A stretch of DNA of 64,000 nt from an uncultured Candidatus Bathyarchaeia archaeon (GCA_964508155.1 CAZDRE010000001.1:69174-133173), one strand, 5' to 3'; numbered from the stretch's first letter, positions 49,914-60,526 are shown. Notes: generated by a model from the letters alone, not told the origin. Numbers and translations: made by a program.

Positions 49914-50435
49914 TCACTCCCTCAATGGTTTTCTGCTGAACCAGATCTTCGCAAGTTCATCGTAGTTATCGAATACCTCCCTTAATATTGGAATGTATAA
50001 CTGTATCTCCTCATCCGTCATGTATTGAAATTGATACTCGCCCGTGTATGGACATGGCTTCCCAATCCTAGTCTCAAACTCGATGTGAATCAATGGATCT
50101 CCACGCCTAATAGTTATGGGCTTCCTCTCATTACTTAAGTTCACGAGCTCCAAAGCCAGCCTCCCAACGAATCCGCTGTGAACCTTAGCGGCGTTCAGGA
50201 ATGACAGGCCAGCCCTACCATACTTGCTCTTCGCCGTCAGATGCGCGACGTATCCGGGGGGAGTGAAGACAACCTCCTTCGAGATCACATTCTTATGCTC
50301 AAGGTAATTCAACGTAACCTCATCCTTCACGGTCAAGACGTAGCTATCGCCATCCAAGAGACTCATATCAAACGGGTAAATACATTTATACTTCTCGATG
50401 AGCTCCATGAGCTTATCCTTTCCGAGTATACACAT
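49914..50435 (-). CDS. dcd: dCTP deaminase/dUTPase-superfamily protein
   Basis: 173 aa. Contains KSKYGRAGLSFLNAAKVHSGFVGRLALELVNLS, the trimeric dUTPase-fold motif. Confidence 0.7.
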   Translation of the reverse strand: MCILGKDKLMELIEKYKCIYPFDMSLLDGDSYVLTVKDEVTLNYLEHKNVISKEVVFTPPGYVAHLTAKSKYGRAGLSFLNAAKVHSGFVGRLALELVNLSNERKPITIRRGDPLIHIEFETRIGKPCPYTGEYQFQYMTDEEIQLYIPILREVFDNYDELAKIWFSRKPLRE

Positions 50436-50566
50436 CCCCCTTCACCAACCCTCAAACCCTCAAAATTTAGGATTGGGATGCTTAAAAAAATAGCTGATAT
50501 CACAATAATATCGGCAGTTTTCACCGCCAATAGGTGAATCCCTCATGCACTTTGGAGAGATGAACG

Positions 50567-51220
50567 CTAATCTACGAGGAGACAAGTCCTATCCCTCTTA
50601 TCGAACGCTACGAAGGCCTCAGCATACTTCACCCCCATCTCTAAGCCCCTGAACCTCATCATCTCCTCATGAACTGGATACCAGGATTCAGGCTTACAAT
50701 TCCTATGGCAGTATGCAGCCTCCCTCTTAAGCTCAGCATACTCCGTAACGTCAACGTATATCTCAGGAACGAAGCATCTGGACTGCTTTCCAGTCATAAC
50801 CTCATAGAAGTATAGTTTCGGGCGGCTCTCTACTGGAAGTGCCTGAATAGCCGATATAGTCATTATGCCCGTTGCTCTATGATCCGAGTGCGTATCAACA
50901 GGCCAATGAGTTAAGACTATATCAGGCTTCTCAATATGTAGAAGCCTCTTGATCACGTCTATGCCATCAGGAGTCGCATATACGCCTGCATCCCTGAAAT
51001 CTAAAATCTTCACTGATGCGCCAAGCAGCCTAAATGCCTTAACTGCCTCCTCAACATTTATCCTCTTATTCTCCTCTGGATTTCTAGCTCCAGTGCAGAG
51101 CTCACCTTTAGTTAGGCTTACGGCTAGAACCCTATGCCCCCTCGAAGTATACTTCGCGATTAGACCTCCAGCTCCGGAGTCTGGATCGTCAGGATGCGCC
51201 CCAAAGACTATCAGATACAT
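50567..51220 (-). CDS. PIG-L/LmbE-family N-acetylglucosaminyl deacetylase
   Basis: 217 aa. Has FGAHPDDPDSGAGG at the N-terminus and HSDHRA later. Confidence 0.8.
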   Translation of the reverse strand: MYLIVFGAHPDDPDSGAGGLIAKYTSRGHRVLAVSLTKGELCTGARNPEENKRINVEEAVKAFRLLGASVKILDFRDAGVYATPDGIDVIKRLLHIEKPDIVLTHWPVDTHSDHRATGIMTISAIQALPVESRPKLYFYEVMTGKQSRCFVPEIYVDVTEYAELKREAAYCHRNCKPESWYPVHEEMMRFRGLEMGVKYAEAFVAFDKRDRTCLLVD

Positions 51221-51237
51221 CTTCTCATCAGCCTCAG

Positions 51238-52026
51238 CTAAAATGTGATGGATGCTAAAACGCCATAGTGATCCGATGGGTAGTAGCCTTGAGAGTCGGG
51301 CTTATCCGCTACGAGGCGGCAATCTAGAACCTTAATTGATGGATCTACAAAGATATAGTCTATTCTCCTATCCCTATGGGTGTAGCCCTCCTCATCCGGA
51401 TTCGCTTCCTCCCATGCGTCCCGGAAGCCCAAACTACGCCCATGAATCTCCCCCTTACCCTTCATGAAAGAGACCACAGGCTCATCAGGCGTTTCATTGA
51501 AATCTCCGACTACAACTGCCGGCGACGAACGTGAGAAGCCCCGAACGAAATCCGCCAGCATTAAGGCTTCAAGAGGCCTATCCGGTTCATGCGTAGATAG
51601 ATGCGTCACGAAGAAGCATATTTCCCCGAGTGGAGACCGGATCCTAGATGCAAGGACCATTCTGGGATGAGGATTAATATGAACGCTGTATGGGAGGCTT
51701 ATATGACCCGACTCAATTATGGGATATCTGCTCATTATCGCAAGTCCAGTCTGCATGAATGGGAATTCCTCCGGCTTAACGCCTCTCGGGGGAGGATGCC
51801 TATGCAATGAACATACAAGATTGTATTTCGGAAGTGACCTCACAATCTGTTGAGCCTGATTCCTCCCATCCTCATCGAATCTTTGATCGCTATAGACCTC
51901 TTGGAGGCCCACTATATCCGGAGACTCCATCCTTACGGCATCGATTATCAGCCGCCTTCTCCTCTCCCATGAGTGACCGTATCCCCAGATGTTAAGTGTC
52001 ATAACAGTGATCTTTCTATCAGCCAA
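51238..52026 (-). CDS. Endonuclease/exonuclease/phosphatase (EEP) family protein
   Basis: 262 aa. Contains TLNIWGYG, VGLQEV, GDFN and SDHYGV. Confidence 0.75.
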   Translation of the reverse strand: MADRKITVMTLNIWGYGHSWERRRRLIIDAVRMESPDIVGLQEVYSDQRFDEDGRNQAQQIVRSLPKYNLVCSLHRHPPPRGVKPEEFPFMQTGLAIMSRYPIIESGHISLPYSVHINPHPRMVLASRIRSPLGEICFFVTHLSTHEPDRPLEALMLADFVRGFSRSSPAVVVGDFNETPDEPVVSFMKGKGEIHGRSLGFRDAWEEANPDEEGYTHRDRRIDYIFVDPSIKVLDCRLVADKPDSQGYYPSDHYGVLASITF

Positions 52027-52051
52027 TACCCATCACCTCCAAATGAGCCGA

Positions 52052-52336
52052 TCACGTCCCCCAGATCTTCACATATATTATCGGCTGATTCTTCGTTTGA
52101 ATATGCGCCTGCAATCTCCCATCATCCGCCACCGTCCACTCCTCAACCATCTTATCGAATCGCTGGAAGATCGGCCTTTCCTCGTTCGGGTCAATACTCT
52201 TCCATGGAAAGTCAACCTTAGACCAATCAACTCCGAGGCTGGGATAAAGGTGGAAGTATTCTGGATAGCAGATCCCAAAGAAGCTCTTAATGAAGCTCCG
52301 CGGAATCCTACGTTTAGGCTGAACATCCTTCACCAT
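52052..52336 (-). CDS. Hypothetical protein between GH38 and EEP genes
   Basis: 94-aa ORF, co-directional and tightly spaced with both neighbours. No motif recognised. Confidence 0.4.
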   Translation of the reverse strand: MVKDVQPKRRIPRSFIKSFFGICYPEYFHLYPSLGVDWSKVDFPWKSIDPNEERPIFQRFDKMVEEWTVADDGRLQAHIQTKNQPIIYVKIWGT

Positions 52337-52392
52337 GACAATCTCGCCATATCAACTAAAATTCTGAGAATCCATATTTTTCATTTGTGGTC

Positions 52393-55300
52393 TCAGGGAT
52401 CCCCATGCATCTTTACCCTAACAGTTGATATGCCAAACGGCCTCATCTGAACCTTTATGTGATCGGCCTCAGCCTCTATCTCTTCCATATCCTCCTCAAC
52501 TGGACTTGTCAAGTAGGCTCTTGACGCCTTGATGAATGGCAGTCTTATATTTGCCTGGGCATCCTCTCCCTCAGTCTCTATCAGCCTTAGGATTAATCCA
52601 TCTCCATCCTCAGCCCTCTTCAATGTTAGGAGAATAGCGTTCGGCTTATCTACATTGCAGAAGCCCATCTGAACGGGGAGACTTCCATTTTTTCTTCCAG
52701 TCATATAGACTGGTATTGGAGGATTATGAAACTCCCATCCGAACTTTCTAGCTTCACGGATCCCCATGTCTCCACTACTACTCGTTATTGAATACCTGAA
52801 TAGTAGATCTCTAACTTGGATAGGTTGAAAGTTCGTGCGGAAATTATTACTCATCACGTAAGAGTATATGTATCCCGTCCTGAATTCTCCGGGCTTGGCG
52901 AATTCACGTCCATACCCAGATGGAGTTATGCAGTGATGTGCCTCCGAGACGTAACTGGGCCATAACCCCCCGAACTCGACGAGAGGAGCCTCTATGCTCG
53001 AGAATGCAACTCCAAGGCGTCCATTAGATATGTATGCCCAATGCTGAATAGCATAGTAATTCGTGTTTGAGCCTGGAAACTGATCTCTTAATGGCCTGAT
53101 CACCGAATCCGATGCCTCGAATCTGATCTCCGGATCCTCTATTCCGAAGGGGAATGCAAAGTACACGTCCAGGAATGGGGTTGGATCCTTTAGAAGCCTA
53201 TTAGATATGTCTATGCGTTTAACTTGGTCATACAGGGTTATCTCTTGGATTATGTATGGGCATCCCACGCCCCTACCTTTAATGATTATGCTTCCAAGTA
53301 TCGGCCCGGATCTTCCGACGCTTACAGTAGGCTCTTCGATCGTATGCTCCTCTCCACCCTTACATGTGCGGATTATGTACTGGTTGAAGCTGTGCGGTGC
53401 ATTCTGGTCTAGGAGCTCCCTCCCCAACTCCTTATCGAGTATGCTCTTTACAAGCCCAGTCTCCCGGTCAACCTCTATCCTATAAAATCTGTTCTCCAGA
53501 ATCCCATCGGATGCTCTGATGCTCGTTTCGAACTTCGGCCTTCTCCTGCACGGCATGATCCTGTAGGCTCTGTATCCCATGGGCGGGAGATCCTCAGCCA
53601 AGAATACTATGGCCCTTGCATAGCGCCCATCAAGATGACCCATCGCATACCTGTACGCCGAGTATGGAATCGGATCGTATGGACTTGAAACCTCGATTAT
53701 CTGGTATGGAATTCTCCGACCCGTCTCCTCATCGATCAATTCGAAAGGCTCATTAATGATGGATCTTGGAAGTCTAATGATGTCTCTACCTATCGTGGAG
53801 CCGGAAACGAGTATTGGAGGCTCCTCTACAGGTGCTCCCTCCGGAGCCTCTTTGAGCTGATGTATTGGACGCCCACACGGCTCAGGCTCCCTCAAATATG
53901 CATAGACGATACCGCTCCTACTCCATGAGAGCGGATTAAAGACTATAATGTAATAGCCATCATATTCTAGCCTAATTTTATCGACTATTACGTTTAGGCT
54001 CTTTATGAGGATGTCGTGGGCTAGAGCCGAGGCCTTATAGGCGTGTAATGCCTTCTCAGCCCAATTTGCCTCCTGAGCGGGGCCTATAGGGTTTGCCTGT
54101 CCCCACGTATGCTCGTCATATAGGATCATGTGTTCATAAGCTTCTCTCAACATCTCCGCTGGATACTTGTAATCCGCTATTATGGAGGCTATCGTGCTGA
54201 ACTTCTCAGCTGAGAGCAGCGTATCATGCGTTATCCTATTTATGCCGGTCTCGTATGCCGTTGAGGATGCCCCGACAACATAATCCGTATCTGGCAGTTC
54301 ACCTCTGAATCTCGCAAGTTTAGTCCCGCATTTCTTCTCGATATACCTGAAGAACATGCTGTTCGTTGCGATTATCATCCTCGGATAAGCCCATCTGCCA
54401 TTCCATTCCCTCGCCACCTGACTAAATACGAGCGAGGGAGGAGCATTATCCCGATGAGCCTTCTGAACCCTAAATCTAACAGCATCGTATGGGTATCCAT
54501 TATCCTCAAGCTCAGCTAAGATCCCTGGGAGAATCTTATAGGCGGATTTGTATCCACTTAGGAAGTAGGTCTCGCTTACTCCATATCCCGGGCCATACCA
54601 GAATAGGACTTTACTTCCATCCGGGCCGACCCAATAGAATAGTCTGGGCATGCCTTTAGGCACAACCTTAGATTCATCCCAGAATGGATGGGCGTGCTTG
54701 AAGTATCCACGTGGCATTCCAGGAGAGAAGTATCTCACGCCGCAGTTTGATAGGATCATTGCTAATGCCCAGCTGAGCCCAGGAACATCCGTTATCTCGG
54801 CATACTCGATCGGTATTCCATACTTCCTCTTTAGGGCGAATGATGGGTATAGCAGTCTTATGAGCTCCTCATGCCCGCATAATTCGCTTATCACATTCCC
54901 GTATAGAGCCGATACCTCTATTCGCCCTTCCCTAATGAATTTCAAGAGCTTCTCCACTGACCTTACTGGCTTATGCCTAATGTAATTTATGAGTGACCAT
55001 GACTGCTCAATGCTGTATCTGAATTTTGAGTCTTCAGGCCAATCCGCCGTCTCCTCGCAGAATTTTACGGCTAAATCTATGAATTCCATCTGCTCCCTGA
55101 TGACTTTTTGGGGTAGATCGGTATAGCCAAGGTCGTGATGAGACTCTTGGACGATATATATCTTCCAATGCCTAGTTGGTCTCCATCTTAATCTCTTCTC
55201 ATCCTGCAATTCTCCGCTGAATAGAACAAATTTTACTTCGGTAGGCCTTCTTATGTCGGGGATCTCAACCTCATACTCCGCTAATCCCGGCTTTATCTCT

Positions 55301-55476
55301 CCAATCCTAACATGATAAGTCTTCGAGTCGAATTCTACTCTTAAATCAGCCTCGGCTGCGTCACCCTTATTTAAAATCTTCAACTTAACGATCTGTCTTA
55401 ACTCATCCCCCACCCTAACAAAGAAGACTGTAGGCTCGATACTCTTCAGCCTGAGATAAGCAGTCATAATCATCAC
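52393..55476 (-). CDS. GH38 alpha-mannosidase
   Basis: 1027 aa. Has IVQESHHDLGYT (the GH38 N-terminal metal/catalytic region), a middle domain and a C-terminal beta-sandwich length typical of GH38. Confidence 0.85.
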   Translation of the reverse strand: MMIMTAYLRLKSIEPTVFFVRVGDELRQIVKLKILNKGDAAEADLRVEFDSKTYHVRIGEIKPGLAEYEVEIPDIRRPTEVKFVLFSGELQDEKRLRWRPTRHWKIYIVQESHHDLGYTDLPQKVIREQMEFIDLAVKFCEETADWPEDSKFRYSIEQSWSLINYIRHKPVRSVEKLLKFIREGRIEVSALYGNVISELCGHEELIRLLYPSFALKRKYGIPIEYAEITDVPGLSWALAMILSNCGVRYFSPGMPRGYFKHAHPFWDESKVVPKGMPRLFYWVGPDGSKVLFWYGPGYGVSETYFLSGYKSAYKILPGILAELEDNGYPYDAVRFRVQKAHRDNAPPSLVFSQVAREWNGRWAYPRMIIATNSMFFRYIEKKCGTKLARFRGELPDTDYVVGASSTAYETGINRITHDTLLSAEKFSTIASIIADYKYPAEMLREAYEHMILYDEHTWGQANPIGPAQEANWAEKALHAYKASALAHDILIKSLNVIVDKIRLEYDGYYIIVFNPLSWSRSGIVYAYLREPEPCGRPIHQLKEAPEGAPVEEPPILVSGSTIGRDIIRLPRSIINEPFELIDEETGRRIPYQIIEVSSPYDPIPYSAYRYAMGHLDGRYARAIVFLAEDLPPMGYRAYRIMPCRRRPKFETSIRASDGILENRFYRIEVDRETGLVKSILDKELGRELLDQNAPHSFNQYIIRTCKGGEEHTIEEPTVSVGRSGPILGSIIIKGRGVGCPYIIQEITLYDQVKRIDISNRLLKDPTPFLDVYFAFPFGIEDPEIRFEASDSVIRPLRDQFPGSNTNYYAIQHWAYISNGRLGVAFSSIEAPLVEFGGLWPSYVSEAHHCITPSGYGREFAKPGEFRTGYIYSYVMSNNFRTNFQPIQVRDLLFRYSITSSSGDMGIREARKFGWEFHNPPIPVYMTGRKNGSLPVQMGFCNVDKPNAILLTLKRAEDGDGLILRLIETEGEDAQANIRLPFIKASRAYLTSPVEEDMEEIEAEADHIKVQMRPFGISTVRVKMHGDP

Positions 55477-55557
55477 TGGAGAATAGATCTCTCATTCAGT
55501 CGAGATTTAACTTTGACGGACGCCATTAAAATTATGAGAGGATTATGCCGTGGTCTC

Positions 55558-56433
55558 TTATCCCACGATTTGCTTAAGGAGCCCATTGGGTTTAACTCTT
55601 AGCTCATTCAATGCAAGCTCGTCAGGCTGGAGCCCCAACGCTAAGCCTAGGAGCTGAGGGTAGTGGAGCACGGGAATCCCTAATCTCAACCCGAACTTCC
55701 TCTCTATCCTAGACTGATTTAGATCATACATTATGTGGCAGAATGGGCAGACGGTTATTAATGCCTGAGCCCCCACGGCTCTTACATGCTCGAGCTTCTC
55801 CCTGGCTAATTGTAGGGGGATCTCCTCGTTAACCCCGATTATTGGGTTTCCGCAGCATTCATCCTCATCCTCATATTCGAGGCATTCGGCGCCCGTGGCT
55901 CTTATAAGCTCCTTCAGCATCTCCATGCCTCCGCTGCCACCTCGGCTTGCGTATTTCGATGGGCGTATGAGGTGGCATCCGCTGTGCTGTGCGACTTGAA
56001 TGTTCCTTAGGGGCCTTTTAATGGCCTTCTTTATCTCTTCTACGCCTATATCCTCGATTAGGACGTGAACTAGATGCTTGACTTCTATTGACCCCTTATA
56101 CTCCATGCCTATCTCTCCGAGCGCCTTATTGATCTTCTCCCTGAAGCCCCTATCCTCCTTTAGCATTCTATTCGTCTTATTCAGCGAGCTGAAGCATCCA
56201 TTACATAATGTTAGAATATCCATTTCGAGATCCTCTGCGAGGCATAGGTTGCGGGCTGCAAGTGAAGATGCCAATTCATGGTTTATGGGGTCAACGGGGA
56301 ATCCGCAGCAGTTGAAGCTCGGCATCTCCACGAGTTTAATGTCGAAGGACTCAAGTATCCTCCTAGCCGATATCTCGTAGCTCTGAAGCCTGTATGGAAT
56401 TACGCAACCTAGGAAGATCAGATACTCAGCCAT
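55558..56433 (-). CDS. hdrB: Heterodisulfide reductase subunit B
   Basis: 291 aa with two CCG domains (CCGFP, CCGNP). Confidence 0.85.
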   Translation of the reverse strand: MAEYLIFLGCVIPYRLQSYEISARRILESFDIKLVEMPSFNCCGFPVDPINHELASSLAARNLCLAEDLEMDILTLCNGCFSSLNKTNRMLKEDRGFREKINKALGEIGMEYKGSIEVKHLVHVLIEDIGVEEIKKAIKRPLRNIQVAQHSGCHLIRPSKYASRGGSGGMEMLKELIRATGAECLEYEDEDECCGNPIIGVNEEIPLQLAREKLEHVRAVGAQALITVCPFCHIMYDLNQSRIERKFGLRLGIPVLHYPQLLGLALGLQPDELALNELRVKPNGLLKQIVG

Positions 56434-56436
56434 CTC

Positions 56437-56988
56437 TTAATCCACCTTATCAAATGTTTCCGCCTTTTCCAGTATGTCTGACATATGCATGGCATCAAAG
56501 AGCTTAGCGATCTGCTTAGATTCTGACTTTGGAAGCGGCGGTAGGCCGCGTTGAATCCGCCTCTTAATCCTTAACTCAGGAATCACATATACGTAGCCTG
56601 TCTTCAGAATATTCGATAGCATCTGCTTGTATATGGCTGGCATAACCTTTCTCTCTTCCACAGTGATGTTCCTCAGCGCCCTTATGATGTATGCCATCTC
56701 AACTCCCTGTGGGCAGTTGTCAATGCATGTATAGCATGTGGTGCATAGCCAGAGGGCATTATTAGATATGAGCCTATCCTTCAATCCCAGCTGGATCATA
56801 CGGGCGATCCTTCTCGGATTATAGAAGTCGTTGAAACGTGAGATTGGACATCCAGCAGTGCATGTTCCGCACTGAAAGCATAATGAGAGCTTCTCAGCTC
56901 CATGCATCCCGCCGACCACGCGTTTAAAAGCGGGATCCACCCGATTTACGATCTCAAACTCTTCTTTCCGAGACATCGAGCAGACCAT
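56437..56988 (-). CDS. hdrC: Heterodisulfide reductase subunit C
   Basis: 183 aa. Has CFQCGTCTAGCP and CTTCYTCIDNCP. Confidence 0.85.
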   Translation of the reverse strand: MVCSMSRKEEFEIVNRVDPAFKRVVGGMHGAEKLSLCFQCGTCTAGCPISRFNDFYNPRRIARMIQLGLKDRLISNNALWLCTTCYTCIDNCPQGVEMAYIIRALRNITVEERKVMPAIYKQMLSNILKTGYVYVIPELRIKRRIQRGLPPLPKSESKQIAKLFDAMHMSDILEKAETFDKVD

Positions 56989-57141
56989 CTGGAGCCGATT
57001 TTAAATTAACACTTATAATTAGCGCTGATTAAATTAATTTTTCTGTATTTTATATTTGGGCATGATTGTTGCCTATGAAATCAGCCGAGAAGAAAAGGGA
57101 GAATTCTGCATGTCAGATGGATTAACGGGCAGCGTGGATGC

Positions 57142-59574
57142 TCATATTCCCTTTCTCGAGAGCATCCTATCCAAGATCGGCTTTAGCTTCGCATTTTCAG
57201 CCTTGATCCTCTCCTCTCCTATTTCCTCTAGCTTCTCAGCCATCTCCCGGATTACATTTGCGAATTTAACTCCCTCCGCAGCTGAGATGTATTCAACCCT
57301 GAAGCGTTCAGGCGTTAATCCGAGCTTCTGAAGCATCTTAGCCAATGCCTTCATCCTCTCAGTCATCTTCCAATTCCCATCTATGTAGTGGCAGTCGTAT
57401 GGTAGGTGGCAAGCACCTATGAGAACCATGCCCGCGCCCCTCCTGAACGCCTCGAGGACGAAGTCTCTGTCAACTCTGCCTGAGCACATAACCCTGATTA
57501 TCCTAAGGTTCGGCGGGTATTCGTGGCGGCTCGTTCCGGCCAGATCGGCGCCAGCATAGGAGCACCAGTTACAGCAGAAGCCCAGGATCTTCCGTTCCGG
57601 ATTCTCCTCTAGGGCGGCTCTGATCTGAGCGAATATCTGAGCGTCCGTGAAGTGCATCTGCGTTATTGCATCAGCTGGGCATTCAGCCACGCATGTTCCA
57701 CATCCATGGCACATTGCGGCTCTAACCTCTGCGGGCTTCCCCTCCTCTACCACGATCGCTCCATATGGGCATTTGCTCGCGCATATGCCGCACTTAACCC
57801 TAACATTCCTGCATTTCTCTGGATCCACAACGGCGATTATTGGCTCTATCTTAACTGATGGCTTAGATAGGATCGTTGCGGCCCTAGCAGCGGCTCCGCT
57901 TCCCTGAGATACGCTGTATGGTATGTCCTTCGGCCCCTGACATGCGCCAGCCAAGAATATGCCATCGACGGGCGTATCTATGGGCTTTAGTTTCGGATGG
58001 CTCTCCATGAAGAACCCATCGGATCCACGTGTGATGTTTAGGAGCCTTGCGACCTCATCTGCTCCCCTAGCTGGGATGGCCGCGGTTGCTAGGACGACCA
58101 TCTCGGCCTCTAGTTCAATTGGCTCCCCGAGAAGCGTGTCTTCGGCGTGTATTATCAGGTTCTTCTCCGGAGTCTCAGTTATCTTCGAGACCCTTCCCCT
58201 TATGAAGTTGACTCCCATCTCCCTTGCCCTAGCATAGAACTCCTCATATCCCTTGAAGTGGCTTCTTATATCCATGTAGAAGACGTAAACTTCAACATCA
58301 TCCCCGTAATGCTCCTTAAGTTGAATAGCATGCTTCAGGGTATACATGCAGCAGAATCCGGAGCAGTATGGATACTTGTTTATGTCTCTTGAGCCGACGC
58401 ATTGGATGAATGCTACAACCCTCGGTCTCTTGCCGTCTGAGGCTCTGATGACATGGCCTCCAGTAGGCCCAGCGGCTAGGATAAGCCTCTCAAACTCCAA
58501 GCTCGTTATGACATTACTGTATTTTCCATATCCGTAGATGTTCCCCTCCTCCGGCAGGTATATATCATAGCCAGTCGCAACTATTATCGCGCCGACCTCA
58601 AGTTCGATCTCCTCCGGCTGCTGACTGAAGTCTATTGCCTGACGCTCTCCACATGCCTCCACACACTTGTAGCATTCGATGCAGTAATCCCTATTTATCG
58701 TGTATACGAGTGGAACTGCCTGATCGAATGGGACTGATATTGCCTTCCTAACACCCAAGTTCATGTCCCATTCATTCGGGTATTCTATTGGGCATACGTC
58801 TCTGCATTCTCCGCATCCAGTGCAGTTCTCCTCAATGACATACCTAGGATTCTTCCTTATCCTAACCTTGAAGTTCCCAATGTACCCCTCAACGCTTAAT
58901 AGGTCAGCATACGCTATTATCTCAATGTTAGGATGCCTCGCGACATCGACCATCTTAGGCCCCTCAATACAGATGGAGCAGTCGAGCGTTGGGAACGTCT
59001 TGTCCAGCTGAGCCATATGCCCGCCTATGCTCTCCTTCTTCTCGACCAAGTATACCTTGAACCCCATCTCTGCAAGGTCTAGGGCAGCGCTTATTCCGGC
59101 TATTCCGCCTCCCAGGACTAGGGCCTTATTCGTAACTGGAACCTCTATGGGCTCAAGCGGCCTTAGAAGCCTCGCCTTCGCAACGGCCATCTTAACGAGG
59201 TCCTTGGCCTTCTCAGTCGCCTCTTTAGGCCTGCTCGGATGACACCAGGAGCAGTGCTCCCTGATATTCGCCATCTCAAGCAGATAAGGGTTTAATCCGG
59301 CCTCCGAGACTGTCCGACGGAAAGTGAATTCATGCATACGCGGAGAGCACGCCGCTATAACCACCCGATTCAACTTATGCTCCTTTATCGCCTTCCTTAT
59401 CTCCTCCTGTCCGGGATCCGAGCATGTATACCTATTATGGGTTGCGAATACGACGTTTGGGAGGGTCTTGGCGTATTCGGTTACCTCCTCGACATCTACT
59501 ACTCCAGCTATGTTCAGCCCGCAATGGCAGACGAAGACGCCGATCCTAACATCTTCAGGTTCGGATTTCTTCAT
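57142..59574 (-). CDS. hdrA: Heterodisulfide reductase subunit A fused to MvhD-like domain
   Basis: 810 aa. Has IGVFVCHCG at the N-terminus, FAD fold GGGIAGISAA and several 4Fe-4S motifs. The C-terminal ~140 aa (FCCNWCSYAGADLAG..RVMCSGRVD..GACHLPYDCHY) match the MvhD/FlpD type. Confidence 0.9.
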   Translation of the reverse strand: MKKSEPEDVRIGVFVCHCGLNIAGVVDVEEVTEYAKTLPNVVFATHNRYTCSDPGQEEIRKAIKEHKLNRVVIAACSPRMHEFTFRRTVSEAGLNPYLLEMANIREHCSWCHPSRPKEATEKAKDLVKMAVAKARLLRPLEPIEVPVTNKALVLGGGIAGISAALDLAEMGFKVYLVEKKESIGGHMAQLDKTFPTLDCSICIEGPKMVDVARHPNIEIIAYADLLSVEGYIGNFKVRIRKNPRYVIEENCTGCGECRDVCPIEYPNEWDMNLGVRKAISVPFDQAVPLVYTINRDYCIECYKCVEACGERQAIDFSQQPEEIELEVGAIIVATGYDIYLPEEGNIYGYGKYSNVITSLEFERLILAAGPTGGHVIRASDGKRPRVVAFIQCVGSRDINKYPYCSGFCCMYTLKHAIQLKEHYGDDVEVYVFYMDIRSHFKGYEEFYARAREMGVNFIRGRVSKITETPEKNLIIHAEDTLLGEPIELEAEMVVLATAAIPARGADEVARLLNITRGSDGFFMESHPKLKPIDTPVDGIFLAGACQGPKDIPYSVSQGSGAAARAATILSKPSVKIEPIIAVVDPEKCRNVRVKCGICASKCPYGAIVVEEGKPAEVRAAMCHGCGTCVAECPADAITQMHFTDAQIFAQIRAALEENPERKILGFCCNWCSYAGADLAGTSRHEYPPNLRIIRVMCSGRVDRDFVLEAFRRGAGMVLIGACHLPYDCHYIDGNWKMTERMKALAKMLQKLGLTPERFRVEYISAAEGVKFANVIREMAEKLEEIGEERIKAENAKLKPILDRMLSRKGI

Positions 59575-59587
59575 TCAAAAATCCCTC

Positions 59588-60526
59588 CTAGCTGAGTCTT
59601 CTCCTAACTGATTCAAGCGCCCTCCCCATCCTCCTACTCACCAACTCCTTAATTAAGCCCCTAGTCGAGGTTAACCTTTCGAGGGCTGAATTCCAAGCTC
59701 CGGACTGAACGGGAGCGTGGGCGATAACCGTCCTCTCCAAAACCAATGCATCTTCAACTGGGCAGACTATCCTGCATGCGCCGCAGTATATGCAGAAGTA
59801 ATCGTTAACCTCAACCCTACCATCATCGGAGACCTCGAGGACCCCAGGTATCGGACAGACATCAACGCAGTCCCTACATCCATCCGGGCACTTACTCCAG
59901 TCTATGCGGATCCTACCTGAGAATATCTTCTTGACTGTTATTGCATTCTCTGGGCATTTAGCCTCGCATAATCTACATCCAGGGCAATGATCCAGATCCA
60001 CGTCTATTCGAACCGAACCGCCGTTCCATTCGACCTTGATGAGGTCGAATGGGCATGCCTCTTGGCATTCAATGCAGTTCCTTGGACACTTAGATGAGTC
60101 TATCTCAACTCCACGCATCAATTCTGGGAAGCTTCCCTTCTCTATGACGGGGGATTTCTCCTCCCCATCAATGATCAGCTTCAAGGCTCCTACGGGGCAT
60201 ATGGTGCTACATATCCCGCAGAATGAGCATTTCTTCTCATCGATGCTGATCGATGCGTGGCTTAACCTTTCGCCCTCAACCCTTGTAGGCTTTATTATCT
60301 CTATTGCCTCCTTCGGGCATGCGGCCTTGCAGATCTCGCATCCAATACATCTACCCTTCTCGAGAATCAGAAGGTATCTTCGAGTGTAGAGTGTCCGGCT
60401 CACCTTTAGGTGCTCATCAGTCTCAGTTCGGAGTAGCTTCATCACCATACATTTATCTCTCCAAGCCGGATTTAGATAAATGAGCTCAAGCCATACATGA
60501 CGGTTTTTAAAGTATTCATTCATCAT
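59588..60526 (-). CDS. Polyferredoxin-like protein (about six 4Fe-4S motifs)
   Basis: 312 aa with repeated CxxCxxCxxxCP motifs (CIGCEICKAACP, CSFCGICSTICP, CPGCRLCEAKCP, CIYCGACRIVCP and others). Confidence 0.8.
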   Translation of the reverse strand: MMNEYFKNRHVWLELIYLNPAWRDKCMVMKLLRTETDEHLKVSRTLYTRRYLLILEKGRCIGCEICKAACPKEAIEIIKPTRVEGERLSHASISIDEKKCSFCGICSTICPVGALKLIIDGEEKSPVIEKGSFPELMRGVEIDSSKCPRNCIECQEACPFDLIKVEWNGGSVRIDVDLDHCPGCRLCEAKCPENAITVKKIFSGRIRIDWSKCPDGCRDCVDVCPIPGVLEVSDDGRVEVNDYFCIYCGACRIVCPVEDALVLERTVIAHAPVQSGAWNSALERLTSTRGLIKELVSRRMGRALESVRRRLS

